Source: Mytilus edulis
Lineage: Eukaryota
Reading direction: 5' to 3'
Length of the DNA stretch: 64,000 bases
Assembly: GCF_963676685.1 (NCBI RefSeq)
Contig: NC_092355.1
Coordinates: 24,552,001 to 24,616,000, forward strand
Of this stretch, positions 27,787 to 40,900 are shown piece after piece. Numbering within the stretch: the first letter of the stretch is position 1; the number at the start of each line of letters is the position of its first letter. Below the pieces are notes generated by a model, which saw only the letters and a program-made list of their open reading frames with translations, searched no databases and had not been told where the DNA came from. The position numbers were made by a program, and so were the translations under genes.

Positions 27787-28995
27787 TTACGTTAATTGTT
27801 CACTAAAATCCCACGGCTTTACTAAATCATCTGATTTGTGATTTTTTTTATGCTCAAAGCACCGGTATTCTTCAGTTAATAAATCGTCAATTGTGTTTCG
27901 TTGGATTGAAAAATCTCCATCGTAACATGTGAATGTTTTTATATAAGATATATGTAGGCTATAGCGGTTTTGTAGTGTTTCAACGACTCGAAATAGTTCT
28001 GATCCCAAATTTCCGTAAGTTTTTTTTGACATTCGTGAATGCCATACTTGAAGAGCTATTGTATTATGTCCTTTACATACTACAAGTTGTTCACAACGAG
28101 ACAAATCCAAATCAAATACACCAACCTGGCGATATAATGCATTTCGTTTGCTTCGACATTCTTTATCGATTATATAACTTACATTATACTTTTTGACGTA
28201 CCAGGCAATAATATGGTTGAAAAAGGCGGGAGGAAGAAATTTAAATTCTAAACATAACCAACTGGTTTTGTTAATTGATTGACTTCCATCCGAAAAGTGC
28301 TTCTGAACTTCAGAGAAAGAGCATGCCTTTATCATACATGGCATGTATAATGTTGTTGAATCTTTTAAGTTCACAATAATATCAAATCGTTTCATTACTT
28401 CGATTAAATGTGCTTTGTTGTTTTCAAATTTCAAATTAGGTTCTTTCCGGAACAGACTAGATATAAGCGAATCTGTTAATTGTCCGGTGTCTTTCAATTG
28501 TTGCCAATCATCTGAAACTTCTATAACATTATCAATTTTATCACTAACAAGACATCGAAAGGCCTTTATCAACCATTTCGGGTTCAGAATAACATGATCA
28601 GCTAAGTTTTCTTCATCAAAGTAAATAACTGTTCCATTGTCGTTACAGTATTTCAAACATCGTTTGACTTCATTTTCTTCGCTAATACCAATATCGTCAT
28701 GTTTTGCAATTTTTAGCAATGTTTTAGTAGATGAAATTGGTACATTGTTGTCTCTCAGCTTTAATAAAACTTGTTGAAATAATAGCCATTTTAAGGGACA
28801 GATTTTGCCCCAATCTTCCATTTCCATAGCTTGACGATAAATTTCTTTTCGAATCTCTTCAAACACAATGTCAGCATCTTCAGTATTAGAAATAAAATAA
28901 ATGTTTCTCAAATGTTTTTTCTTCTCCTGGTCTTTCAGAACTTGTCCTAAATTGTCTTTAAATTGTCTTTGTCGTTTTTTTCGCTCTGAAGGTTC
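27787..28995 (-). CDS. ROCO terminal exon: end of Roc and COR domain
   Basis: ttgaag|GAA acceptor; YFISN (G5), WGKICPLKWLLFQ, CLKYCNDNGTVIYF, VILNPKWLIKAFRCLV, MKRFDII, YMPCM are typical COR motifs; 403 codons to TAA. Confidence 0.92.
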   Translation of the reverse strand, partial: EPSERKKRQRQFKDNLGQVLKDQEKKKHLRNIYFISNTEDADIVFEEIRKEIYRQAMEMEDWGKICPLKWLLFQQVLLKLRDNNVPISSTKTLLKIAKHDDIGISEENEVKRCLKYCNDNGTVIYFDEENLADHVILNPKWLIKAFRCLVSDKIDNVIEVSDDWQQLKDTGQLTDSLISSLFRKEPNLKFENNKAHLIEVMKRFDIIVNLKDSTTLYMPCMIKACSFSEVQKHFSDGSQSINKTSWLCLEFKFLPPAFFNHIIAWYVKKYNVSYIIDKECRSKRNALYRQVGVFDLDLSRCEQLVVCKGHNTIALQVWHSRMSKKTYGNLGSELFRVVETLQNRYSLHISYIKTFTCYDGDFSIQRNTIDDLLTEEYRCFEHKKNHKSDDLVKPWDFSEQLT

Positions 28996-31900
28996 CTTCA
29001 ACACATTAAAAGAAATAACTGTTTCAACAAAGGGACACACAGATGGACAAAGAACATTAGTGAAAATAAAAAAAACAATGAAGGCCGTAGATTGACATAT
29101 AATGGTGTACCTTTTTTTAAAATTGTTATTTGGATGGAAAGTTGTTTCATTGGCACCCACACCACATCTTCCTATATCTAATGACACAAAAAAATAAGGC
29201 ATAATTGGGAGTAACAAACATACCGTTTGTAGGTAACCATTTCGAAGTAAAAAAATGAAATACAACGACTTCACCACTGGTGCCACTTCCACTCTTACTG
29301 ATTTTTTTATCGTTTTATGTTGTTTATAAAAGTATCTGTCTAATTTCAAATTATAGATTCTTATTTGTCCTTGTAGCGTTTTACTAGTTAAGGAGACTCG
29401 CGGGTATAAGATTTTCAGAAAAAAAATAAACTTTAATCTTTCATTACAAATTTCATTAATTACCTTTAGTAGTTGTTACTTTATCATATGGTACAAACAT
29501 CACTCCAAAAAATCAATTTGTGTGACTTTCAAAATATAGATATCATTGAAAAAACTCTAAATTATCTCCCTTTGGTGCAAAAATGCCATTTTTTGGCATT
29601 CAAATTGAAATATCTTTTTTAACTCATCGGTGACCAAATTTCTTTTTTGTTGTTTTCGAATAAGTTGTACATAAACTTAATAATTGTATAATAAAAGCGA
29701 TTTCTGTAATTTTGTTCTTTTTTTATTTCGATATTACCGCTTTTTCTCTTATTAGTTCAACAGAAAAAAAGGACATAAACATAAATGTATGCTTCTTTCG
29801 AAGGAAGATTGTGAGCGTAAATGAACGGTGACGTCAATTTTGTATTTCATTTTTCTATTAAGTATAAGATAAAGTTCATTTATAGAAAAATATAGAGATA
29901 TCCTATATTAATTTTTTTTTAAATAATTTAGACCCGCGAGCCCCCTTAAGTTGGAAAATAATATTGTTTATAGGAATAAACATGTGTACCTTAAAACGAT
30001 CTTCGTTTGTACATACAACAATGATTGGAGGGTCTAGTCTGCCTTTCTTTGTAGTCGACCAGTAGCAGTGAATGGCGTCAAACCAGAAACAGACATACTC
30101 TATCAATTATTTGAAAGTATAAAATGGTCAATATGAATAACACAATAAATTTACTTTAGGAACCATAAAAATGTGTGTTCAACATATTTGAAGTACATAC
30201 TTCGCAACACATGTACAACATGTCATTAACAAACCTGACAACCTAAAGCAGGATTATTCCAAACAATATCTTGAGAACAAATTTGGTTTATATGTTCATC
30301 TAAAACACAAGTCGCCGAAAAAATTACCTGAAAAAACTATGTAATATCTTTTGTGTATACATATGACATCCAAACAAATTCAATGCTCTCTTTTTCCTGC
30401 CATGAATTTAGTTTTAACTATGTTTGATATTTAACAATATAACACAACGGTAGGTTTCACAAATAGCAATGTCTATCTGACTGTTACAAATATGTGTTAC
30501 TTTATTCAGAGGGGAAAAGGTTTCAAAACTCATGTTGGTACAATATATCACGGTAGCTTAACTATTACAAGTACCAAATGTATGATAGAGGTTTTGCTAT
30601 GAGGTTTTCGCACTGTGCATACTTATTCTATCAGAACAATTAATTTGTAGTTGTAGATTTCTTTCTGTCCCGTCATCATGGAAGAATTTAGAAGCATAAC
30701 ATCTTGACGAATAAATTTTTATGTCAGTTTTTCAATTGTAGAACTTACCTGCCGAGCCTTCAAAATCTAGCCCTTGGTTTTCAACAGTGCTGAACTCTAA
30801 ACTGTCTGTGACAAGCAAATACACTGCGCATTTTGACAGGAAGACTTGGTGTGTAGCATAAAAATCTTTCTGGCCAGCAAAATCCCACAACCAGCAAAAC
30901 GCTAACATTTCATTCTGTTCCCCTGTCGTAGATTTAAGATATGATTTCATAAGTGTAGAAGTCATTTCGTTTATATGTTCATCGTTAACAGGGTCCGACA
31001 CATTTTCATTTAAGTAGTTGTTAACTGTGTGACCATTCGCCTTTTCTGATTTGACATTGTCTTTTTGGATTTGATTTAAATCAATCTCCACTGCTTCATG
31101 ATTGTCTTTTTTGTCGGGTATATCTGAATGAATATCAGGTATTCTGGAACCTATCAATAAGGTGTCATCACTTTCATTTCTAACGCTGGAAGTATCGTCT
31201 TTTAAGGTATCTTTGTATTCACTATTACTTGCACTTGTAGAAAGTCGTTTGTCTGATGCACGTCTTGATTCATCTGTTTTGGAACTTGAAGGTTCTTGAT
31301 GAATAACAGTTTCGGCTGTGGCGTTCAGGAGCTTATCTTTATACACTTGATGTATCAATCTAGTTAGATCGTCGTCTGTCTCTGTTAGCATATAAAAAAT
31401 GAGATAAATAAACAGATAACCAACAGGTTAATATACTTTATTTTGTTGACACGAAGAAGATATCCAATGCATATATTTGCTGTTTGGTTAATATTGATGT
31501 TTAGATTATATTCCGTTGTTTTTGTATAATTTGATTTTTGTTGTAACCCGTTTTCTGATTGGCGGAAGTTGTTTTGTTATCAGCTCATACACAAAAATTT
31601 GTTATGTGAACGTGACATCATTAACGTTTTTTTTCATGATTTACTGTTTTAAAATGGAATTGAAATCAAGTATCACTGATGCAGGGGCTACGTTAAATAT
31701 GAATATATGAACTAAGTACATGTATACCTCCCATAAGAATGGTGCTTGTTTAAATGTCCCTCATATTGACAAAATTCAGGTAGCAAGACAAACAGACTTA
31801 GTTGAGATCTTTTAGCTATATAAACATACATAACACACATACGACACAACTGATTCGGAGATGCAAAACTTTACGAAAAATCTGATACAGACAGTTTGGA

Positions 31901-34900
31901 AGACGTCAACAAAAATAGTGTAGTAATAAGTACATACAGAAAGTAAAACATAATTACAAATGCGCTTTCTATAAAAAGTTTAAATTGAGTAACATATAAA
32001 GTAACGGGTGTAATGCAATCACCCGCATCGATTGCGAGATCCATACAACAAAAAGGAACTAAACATGTGTTCTATAAGTATTAACCGACTGTTAACTTTC
32101 ACTTGAAACCATCATTTCTAAGTATATATTAAATAGTGTGATAATTACAGCTGTGACCATGGTGATTAAAAACTTTTCAGTTTTAAATGTATACTATTTT
32201 CAACATGGTCAAGTATGTTTTGTTAAGGCCTAATTTGCTGGTTGTACATTTACACAGTCTATCCGAAAAATTTTGTTAAAAATTTTGCTCAAATCGGTGC
32301 TAGAGGTAATTCTTAACTTACAGTAATGTGAAAGTGTGGGTTTTTTCTTCTTGTAAGACTCACTGTGACTTTGAACTCATGTACTCGTTTAGTGTCAAAG
32401 TGGGATACCCCGTTTCTTTTGTTTATATAATCTTTAATATTACAAAGGCAAACCCAGAGAAAACTGTACAGTAGGTAAACATGATAAACACCAGGACCAA
32501 GAAAATATAGCTTAAGACAGTCCTTTAACATCTATGACTTTACACATTGTTTGTATATAATTCAATGACTTCTTGTACATGTGGTTACTAGAAGCTCTTG
32601 TATATCATATCAGTTGATGAACCTATGCTCCTTGCACGAGGGATTGCACGAGGGACATTTGGTTATTAGTGTTCAACTCAAAACAATTGATAATTTGAAA
32701 ATAAGAAATTTCTAGTTTGTAGTAGAGATTATGGTACTGAGATGACGGATATGGTCAAATTGGATAATTATGACTGAAAAGATGCAGAGTAAGCAGCATA
32801 TTTTGAATCTTCGTCTTACCTTCGGGAAGGTATTATTGGAATTATTCAGACAAAATCGTTTTTTTATCCATATAATTAATATATCAGTATGTGAGATTAA
32901 ATTATCCAGCTTTGTTGATCTTTTGTTTATAAATGAGTCTGATAGAATTTCTTCCCATATCAAAATTAGAAAAGGTCTGCAACGCGAGGCAACGAATTTC
33001 AATGGTTTATCGACAGTTTGCTGGAAAATTCTCCAACCAAAATCAACGAATATTTTGCATGTTATATCTACGAGAAACTATATCATTTAAATCACGTGTT
33101 TGTTGGTAGAGACAAGTTTTGTAAGGTATCTCTTCAGATAGGATTTTTCAATCGTTTATAGTGGTGTAAAAGGTATTCACGTCAGTGGTAACCGTGGAGT
33201 TTTTCAGAGAATGAAAAAGATACAAAATTATCAAGAGTTTCATTTCAGTTCTTAAAAATCAACATGTAGTTGATGTCATTGTGCGAGTTAATAGTATCAG
33301 AGTTTTATCTAATAATGTATCAATGCATTCATTCTTACAGGCTTTAGATGTACTATGCCATGGAAAATTCCGAAAGAACAGGTGTCATGTCAAGGTCATA
33401 CAGATGACATTTGAACTTTATATGAAGAGATACGACCAAAACATGAAAAAGAAACCGACTGCAATTAAACCCTATTTTATTGCTGATTAACCGAAGGTTA
33501 TTTTCTAAGTAGAATATGTAATATGAATTATACTCATTACGAGTTAAGTTTGTTATAATTCTCTAGTTGGATATAACCTAGAGATAGATATAGAGGCCAA
33601 TTTCATGAATGTCTTCAATTAGAAACTATCAAATATGCATTAGTCAGCACTGTATTATAAAATTGTCATACATAAACCAATCATACACAGCATACGATAG
33701 TATGTTGTTCGGATTCAACATTTTAAATAGTAGCTTTATTTTAAAATAAATGAAATCATCACAATTTAAATGTCGTTTACTAAAAGCACATCTTAACACA
33801 ATAATTTCTTTTAATTTCCAACGTGATTGCAAAATTTTACACTTAACCGACTTTTTATGACTTAGTCACTGGATCATTTTAAAAGAAGGTGAAAATCCAA
33901 ATTAGATTAACAGCACCCCGATCAACTGAAAACACAAGAAAATATGCAACAGTCGTCAAAACACAAAAACAAACCTACCGATTTGAAAACTAATAAATGA
34001 TATCATAAATTTTAAAGTATAACATATCACGATTTTTTAACGGCCTCAGGACATATAAATGACGAAATTATTCCTTATAAGGACATTATTGACATTAAAA
34101 TTTGTCTTGTATCATATAATTGTGGCGTCATAAGAAGCATAGAGTACCGAAGTCCTTACATCTTTCTTAAAGAAAAAGCCTTCGATAAACCGAACGCTCG
34201 CCAAAGTGTTCAATCCCGCCAAATGTTTACCCTGCTTGTCAGAAGCTTATATTCCAGTTCGTGTCGTTGGGTGCTGTTTTGATTTTTATTGTTTTGGTTT
34301 GAATTGAAGCACATTTTTGCATGTCGTCTCTTTTAATAGCTGTCTATGCGGTATCTATATTCTGATTGATGAAAACTTTACGATGAAAAATAACAGCTTA
34401 CTTTGTTTCATTCATACTGTGTTGGATTGCTGTTTTTATGACAGCTAAACATGTACCCTATCTCTTTGTGTATACCGAGTGGTAATATGAAAATGAAGTG
34501 GATGAACCATTAATGTCAAAGATCATAATAGAAAAATAAAATTACATAATTGAACGGTTTAGACAGGTGATAAGACAAACATTTTAATAAAAAAAAAACA
34601 TTATCGAGTGTTAGATGTATTAAACAAAAACTTAACAGAACACTTAAAACCAATTTTAAAAAGAAATTGTGTGACTAGTCCTGTGAAAAGTCTCATGAAG
34701 ATATTAAAAATATTGGATATAATTAGTTTGTTTTATATATCTTTAAAATTTAGAATGGAAATGGGGAATGTGCCAAAGAGACAACAATCCGACCATAGAA
34801 AAAAAAAACACAGCAGAAGGTCACCAACAGGTCTTCAATGTAGCTTTGTTTGCATTAAACGTGAATTCATTCCCTTAAGTTCTTCTAATGCTGGCCTAGA

Positions 34901-37900
34901 ATTGATTCCTTGTACTCGAATTTGAACCGTTTTTAAAAGTAGGTTTCATTCGCTCTGCAAGCGTCTAAATATACGTGAAGAGGAGAACAAACACGACTTA
35001 ACATATTTTAAAGTGATGCGAGAATGAAACGCAATATCGAAAACAAATATTCATCTGACAATCCTTTTCATGCTTTAAATCGAATGATTAAAACTTAAAA
35101 CTGAACAAACAAATACCGTCTTACCATTACATGGGCTCCATTTCCCATCAGCGATATTTATATTGCATTTCTCAACTTCAATACCGTCTGTACTCTGTGT
35201 AGAAGTGACATCTTCCTTGTTGTGCCACAGTAATCTTTTCATTAAACTGGTTTTTCCTACTCCGTTTTTTCCAATAAAAACAAGTCTTGCAAAATGAAGT
35301 TTTCCACATTCACCTTTTAGGAAAAGTTCGTGTATAAACTTTTGTGTTTCATCATCTAATTGAAAAAAGACAAAAAAACAAATACATTTTCTATTAGTTC
35401 AAAAAATGTACATTTTGTTTTTTGCAATTTGGCGCTGTTCGGTTCATATCATACATGTCCTCTAGACATTATATTGTCAGGATTTGTTTTCTTGACTTTC
35501 ATTTTTGCTTTATATATACTTGTTATTTTTGGTGGGGTTTTTTGTTAACATATTAGTTGGAGTTTTTTTGTTGTTTTATTTGTAATTAAGATTATAACAC
35601 AATTTTGACTTTTTCACATATTTTCTGCTTGTTTAGTTGACACATTCTTTTAAATATAATAGAATTTTACGCGACTGTCATTCAAATGAGATATTCAACT
35701 AGCTATAAAAAAACAGGTTTAATTCTCCATTTTCTACACAACGAAATGCCTGTAAAAGTCAGGAATATGACATTTGTTTTACATTCGTTAAGTATATTTG
35801 AACCTTTTATTTCTGTCATTTGATAAGGGATTGCCCATTTTGAATTTCACTTGGAGTAATTTTGCTGTTTAGTCTAATGATAGTGATTTACTTCATTGTA
35901 TATTCTAACAAAATAAATATTCATTAACACTTTAACATACCTGTCGTTTTATTTCCATTTATTTGCGTTGATATGTCTTCTGCAACTATATATAGAGATA
36001 TCTGCTCAGTAACGGTATGTTAGATAACGTGTCTCAAAACATATTTTGTCTAACAAATGATTATACAAATAAGTAGATGTGGTATACTTGTCATTCAACC
36101 AAAGTTCAACTCAAATTGATGCAAGCAGCCATAAGCCGTACTACCTTTAATAATCACAGAACACCATACCGTATTTCATCTATAAAAAGCCCCAACATAA
36201 ATAACGCTATACAATTCAATTGAAAATAATAGCTTAATTGATAACAATGCATTCTACCTAAAACAAATAGGACAGATATGAACTAACGCCAACCATAGAA
36301 CTGTATGCTCCTGACTTTGGTCAGAAACATAGACAATGTGGCGATGTTAAACATATTTGAAGGCGCAAATCCTTCCTCTAAACTGCGATTGTAATTTAAC
36401 GGCAAATTATAAGAACAAAAATGCTCATTGAATAGATATAGGAAGATGTGGTGTGAGTGCCAATGAGACAACTCTCCATACAAATAACAATTTAAAAAGT
36501 AAACCATTATAGGTTAAAGTACGGCCTTCAACACGGAGCCTTGGCTCACACAAGCTATAAAGGGCCCCAAAATTACTAGTGTAAAACCATTCAAACGGGA
36601 AAACCAACGGTTTGTTTACATACCTGTCGTTTTATTTTCATTAGTTTGTATGGACACGTCATCTGCAATTACATATATGATTGATGTATTATCTCATAAC
36701 ATATTTTGTTCTGCAAATTAATTTTTGTTAGAAGATAAAGATTATTTAAAATAAATATAGTAATATTGACGAAATTCCTTATCAAAGATATTTTGAATCA
36801 AACAGTACTTACCGTTTGACTAATTGGATCGTTTAACTTTTATTCGAGTTAGCATTACCAAAATGGATGCCCAACATTTGAATTTGATCTAAACTGTGTA
36901 TTATGTATTGTGTACTGCTGCGCTGGTAAAGTCCTGCTATTGTTCTAATAAAATTGTCAAAGAATCTCATATGAGGATTTATATATACATGTATATATGA
37001 AAAAAAAAGTACGCGTTTTTCTTATAATGTTTCTAAGTCTAATGCTTTTAATGAACTTCGTCTTATATTCTAAACAATGAAGAATCGGAGATATTTTACT
37101 TACCTTTCGTTTCATTTCCATCAGTTTTTCTGGATTTTTCACCTGTAACTATATATAGAGATATGGTAAACATGTGGATCAATGCAAACATTATCTAACA
37201 GATAAGTTTGATCTAGAAGACAGATTAGTTAAAAACAAACTCATTTATAATAGGTGGTGGACCAAAGTCGGAATAATAAAAAAAATCGTCAAAAATACTA
37301 CACGGCTATATCATACATCATTCGAAAATATGTGTACTTTGCAATTAGTTTGAGGGACAAAGATCAGGATCAAGGACAGAAATATTATTGATTGATTGTT
37401 GGTTGCTTTACGCCGCATTAGCACAAAAAAGCTATATCGCGGCGAGAAAGAAATATGACAGTTGTTGTCCATTCGTTTGATGTGTTTTATCATTTGATTT
37501 CGCCATTTGATTAGTGACTTTTGAATTTTGAGTTCAGTATTTTTGTGATTTCACTTTTTTCATTGGCATGAAAGAGACGTCTCGTTGCATAATAAATAAC
37601 GTACTGCATCTTTATACTGATATAGACATCGGCATCGTTGTGTTTTGCATAAAAATAATTATAAAAATAAATCTTGAAAAAATTAGTGTAGCTACTATTA
37701 CCAAACACTTACGTTTTACTCCGTTTTACATTGAAGATTATGTGAACATTGTAAATATTGGTTTGAGATACAGGATACCTTCTTGTGAATTTTTGGTTAT
37801 AAAGTGCAGTTTATATCCTAATTTGATAAAGATTATATACTATCATGTACTAATTCATGTTATTTGCTAATATTCAGGATACATTGCCTCATGACAATTA

Positions 37901-40900
37901 TAATGTGGCTTGAGAAATTTATCAAATCCCTTTAACTGAACCTGTCTTTACTTCATATATTGTTCATATTTGTTTTCTTTTGTTTAGAAATTAGTCATGA
38001 TGATACACGGAATATCATATTTACTGAATTGACACAAACAGGAAATATGTGCTCTCTACAAATAGATAAACTTTTTATTATGGATACAAATTTCATTCTC
38101 CAGGTTATTGTGTGCGTGTAAAAAGTGTTTGAAGAATCAAATGAATGCTATATCTGCCTATTTGACCCATTTTTCTTCTTTTCTTCTTTAAGTTAGGTGT
38201 CTTCGTAATACTAGTAGAAAAGCGGAGCTTACCAAAGTCGCCATCCGTAAACAACATTTTCACAGCAAAGACAAAACAAACTGAAAAATGGGAACAGTTC
38301 AATTTATCATTAGATTGTATTGCTCCTGCTCGTAATTTTATATAAGTTCATTGTTCATTCAAAGTAATGACTCCTAACAATATGAATTATGTTTAACGAC
38401 AAAATTATTAAATCCAGTTTGCGAAAACAAAATAAGTGATTATAGAAGAATACTATATAACATGTAACTTCTTTACTCGTTCTAGATATGTTACAAATGT
38501 ACGAAAATTCTGTCTTAAATCAAATCTGATATTCAAAACAAAAACACATTTTAACAAAATATTTGACTCTCTTCGTTTTGATAAAAGATTCTTTTCTTTT
38601 TAATAATCAAATATTATTTTATTATTATATTTATTTCAAGATCATTCAGCTTACTTAGAGTATTATTACCAGTAAAATATGTGTATTGGAACACATCTAC
38701 TCAATGATTCTTAATTATATAACAAAGAAAAGGCTTCAGCAAGCTACATCAATCAGGCCTTTTTAGCTTTAAAGGTACTGTGGATTCATTTATTTTCGTG
38801 GGTACCAATTTTTGTTGTTTGAAGAAAACTTGCATATTCTTGGATATTTAATTTCGTGGTTTTTGACAAAGTCTGCCTACATTCCTTAAGAAAATTTCTA
38901 ATTCGTTGAACATTTAAATTCGTGGTTCTCCTGTATCCACGAAATCCACGAAAATTGGTATCCAACGAATATTAAGGAATTCACAGTATTGAATGTATTG
39001 TAGTCGATTCGTATGATGTTTTTTTTTAAATTACCTAGCGTGTATAATTTGTTAGAATACTTTTCCATAAGCAGCTTTGTCTTTGTTGAAGGCCAAACTG
39101 TTTCCATACTTTATTTTATCCTCGGAAAATTTTGGTGAATAGATGTTTCAATGGCACACCTCCTTATTTCTAAAATCAGTTTTTGTGTGTGTTATATATA
39201 TATATATATATCACAATCATTTAAAAAATATAATGAAAATTTTGCTAGTTTTCGCAGTATACTGTATACTTACCAACTATACTAGCAATGATGATATATG
39301 TAACGTGATGAGCATAGGATTTGCCTAAAATGATAATTTAAACATGTCATTTTTTTAAAATAAAATTCAATCTCTATAGACTTTAAGTGCCATGCAAAAT
39401 GTTTTTGTACTACGTCGAGAATAAGGCAGTTGTTTTCAATTCGTTTGATGTGTTTTGTTTGAACTTTTGAATTTGCTGTTTGTATTGGTTTTATTAAATG
39501 AAGAATGGCGTCTGAACGTCATAATCAAACGTTGAATATGAAAAAAGAAAATAAAACTCAAGGTTAATGCAGTTTTTTTATGCCGTGTAAGACGTAAATT
39601 ATTTGATACCAAACATGTTTAGAAAGTGCCCAATTGATAGGAACTGAAAGGTGTGAAAAGTATTTCATTCTGATCCCTTTTCAAAGAGTCTAACCGTCAT
39701 TAATATTTCAGTGACTTTGTCAAATGCAAAAGACAATTGGAAAACAAAGCATACTAGAATATACTTATCGGGGCCTATTATAGCTGACTATGCGATATGG
39801 GCTTTGCTCATTGTTGAAGGCCGTACGGTGACCTATAGTTGTTAATGTCTGCGTCTTTTCGGTCTTTTGTAATAGTTGTCTCATTGGCAATCATACCACA
39901 TCTTCTTTTTTATATTTACTTTAAGTTTTATTTGTTTGTTTTACTTGTGATGAAGATTATAACACAATATCGACTGCAGTATCCGTATATTACACTTGTT
40001 AACCTATTAAATCTGTTTGTTTTGGTCACAAATAGTTGTCCATATTATTAAATTTGATGCGACAGTTATACAAGTGAGAGGTTTAGCTTTAAAAACAGGT
40101 TTAACTCCCCATTTCTACATAAGAAAATGCATATACCAAGTCAGGAATATGAATATGCGCTGTTGATTCTGTCAGTGTATTAGGAAATTTCCTTTTTGAA
40201 TTTTCCTATTTTTTTGGTGATTTTAGTTTTGACAAGTTTTTTCAAAATAATTTTATTCTTAAATGCTCACTTTTTATTTTGCTTTCAATTAAATGAGCTG
40301 TATAATCATATGTGCTATATGGTCTGAAAAAGAGACATGTTTGTACTTCTAAACATTTACTCAATTGCATATATGAAAAAAAAATCAACAATTCAATTAT
40401 CATTGTAAATTGTCTTCATGCTTTACTCACATTTAATGATATTTTTATATTTCATTATACCACACTTATATGTATTTACCGCATATTTCTAAAAGTGTTT
40501 TTTTGTTTCCGCTGTAACGATTTAACATGATTAAGGTTATATACAGAAAAAAGGGTCTATATTACTGATTTTGGTAACAGTTTATATTCTTAAAGGAAAG
40601 AGTATTAAATCTACAAAAATGTGTTCAATATGTTTAAAATCCCCATTTTCAATTCCATAGATTTTCTTGTTAAATAAATGTTTATATTATATATTCCCAG
40701 CTTTAAAACCAATTTCAGCCGACTGTATTTGCTTTCTTAACAGTTTTCACCTATTGTAAATATTAAAAAAAAAAACATAGAACAATATCCGATCAGAACT
40801 ACAAATAAAACATCATAACTAAATACATGAATATTGGATGTACAAATTCCGAGACACTTCTAATTTCAATGGAAATTCACACTCAGCAAAAAATATTAGA

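Noticed and set aside
28996-29349. N-terminal ~118 aa of the 520-aa ORF, including a hydrophobic stretch that could be taken for a TM helix
   Set aside because: Intronic read-through upstream of the acceptor at 28995; contains an interspersed repeat
32313-33490. Cluster of 70-106 aa ORFs in the ROCO intron
   Set aside because: No recognisable motifs; the flanking exons already join in phase
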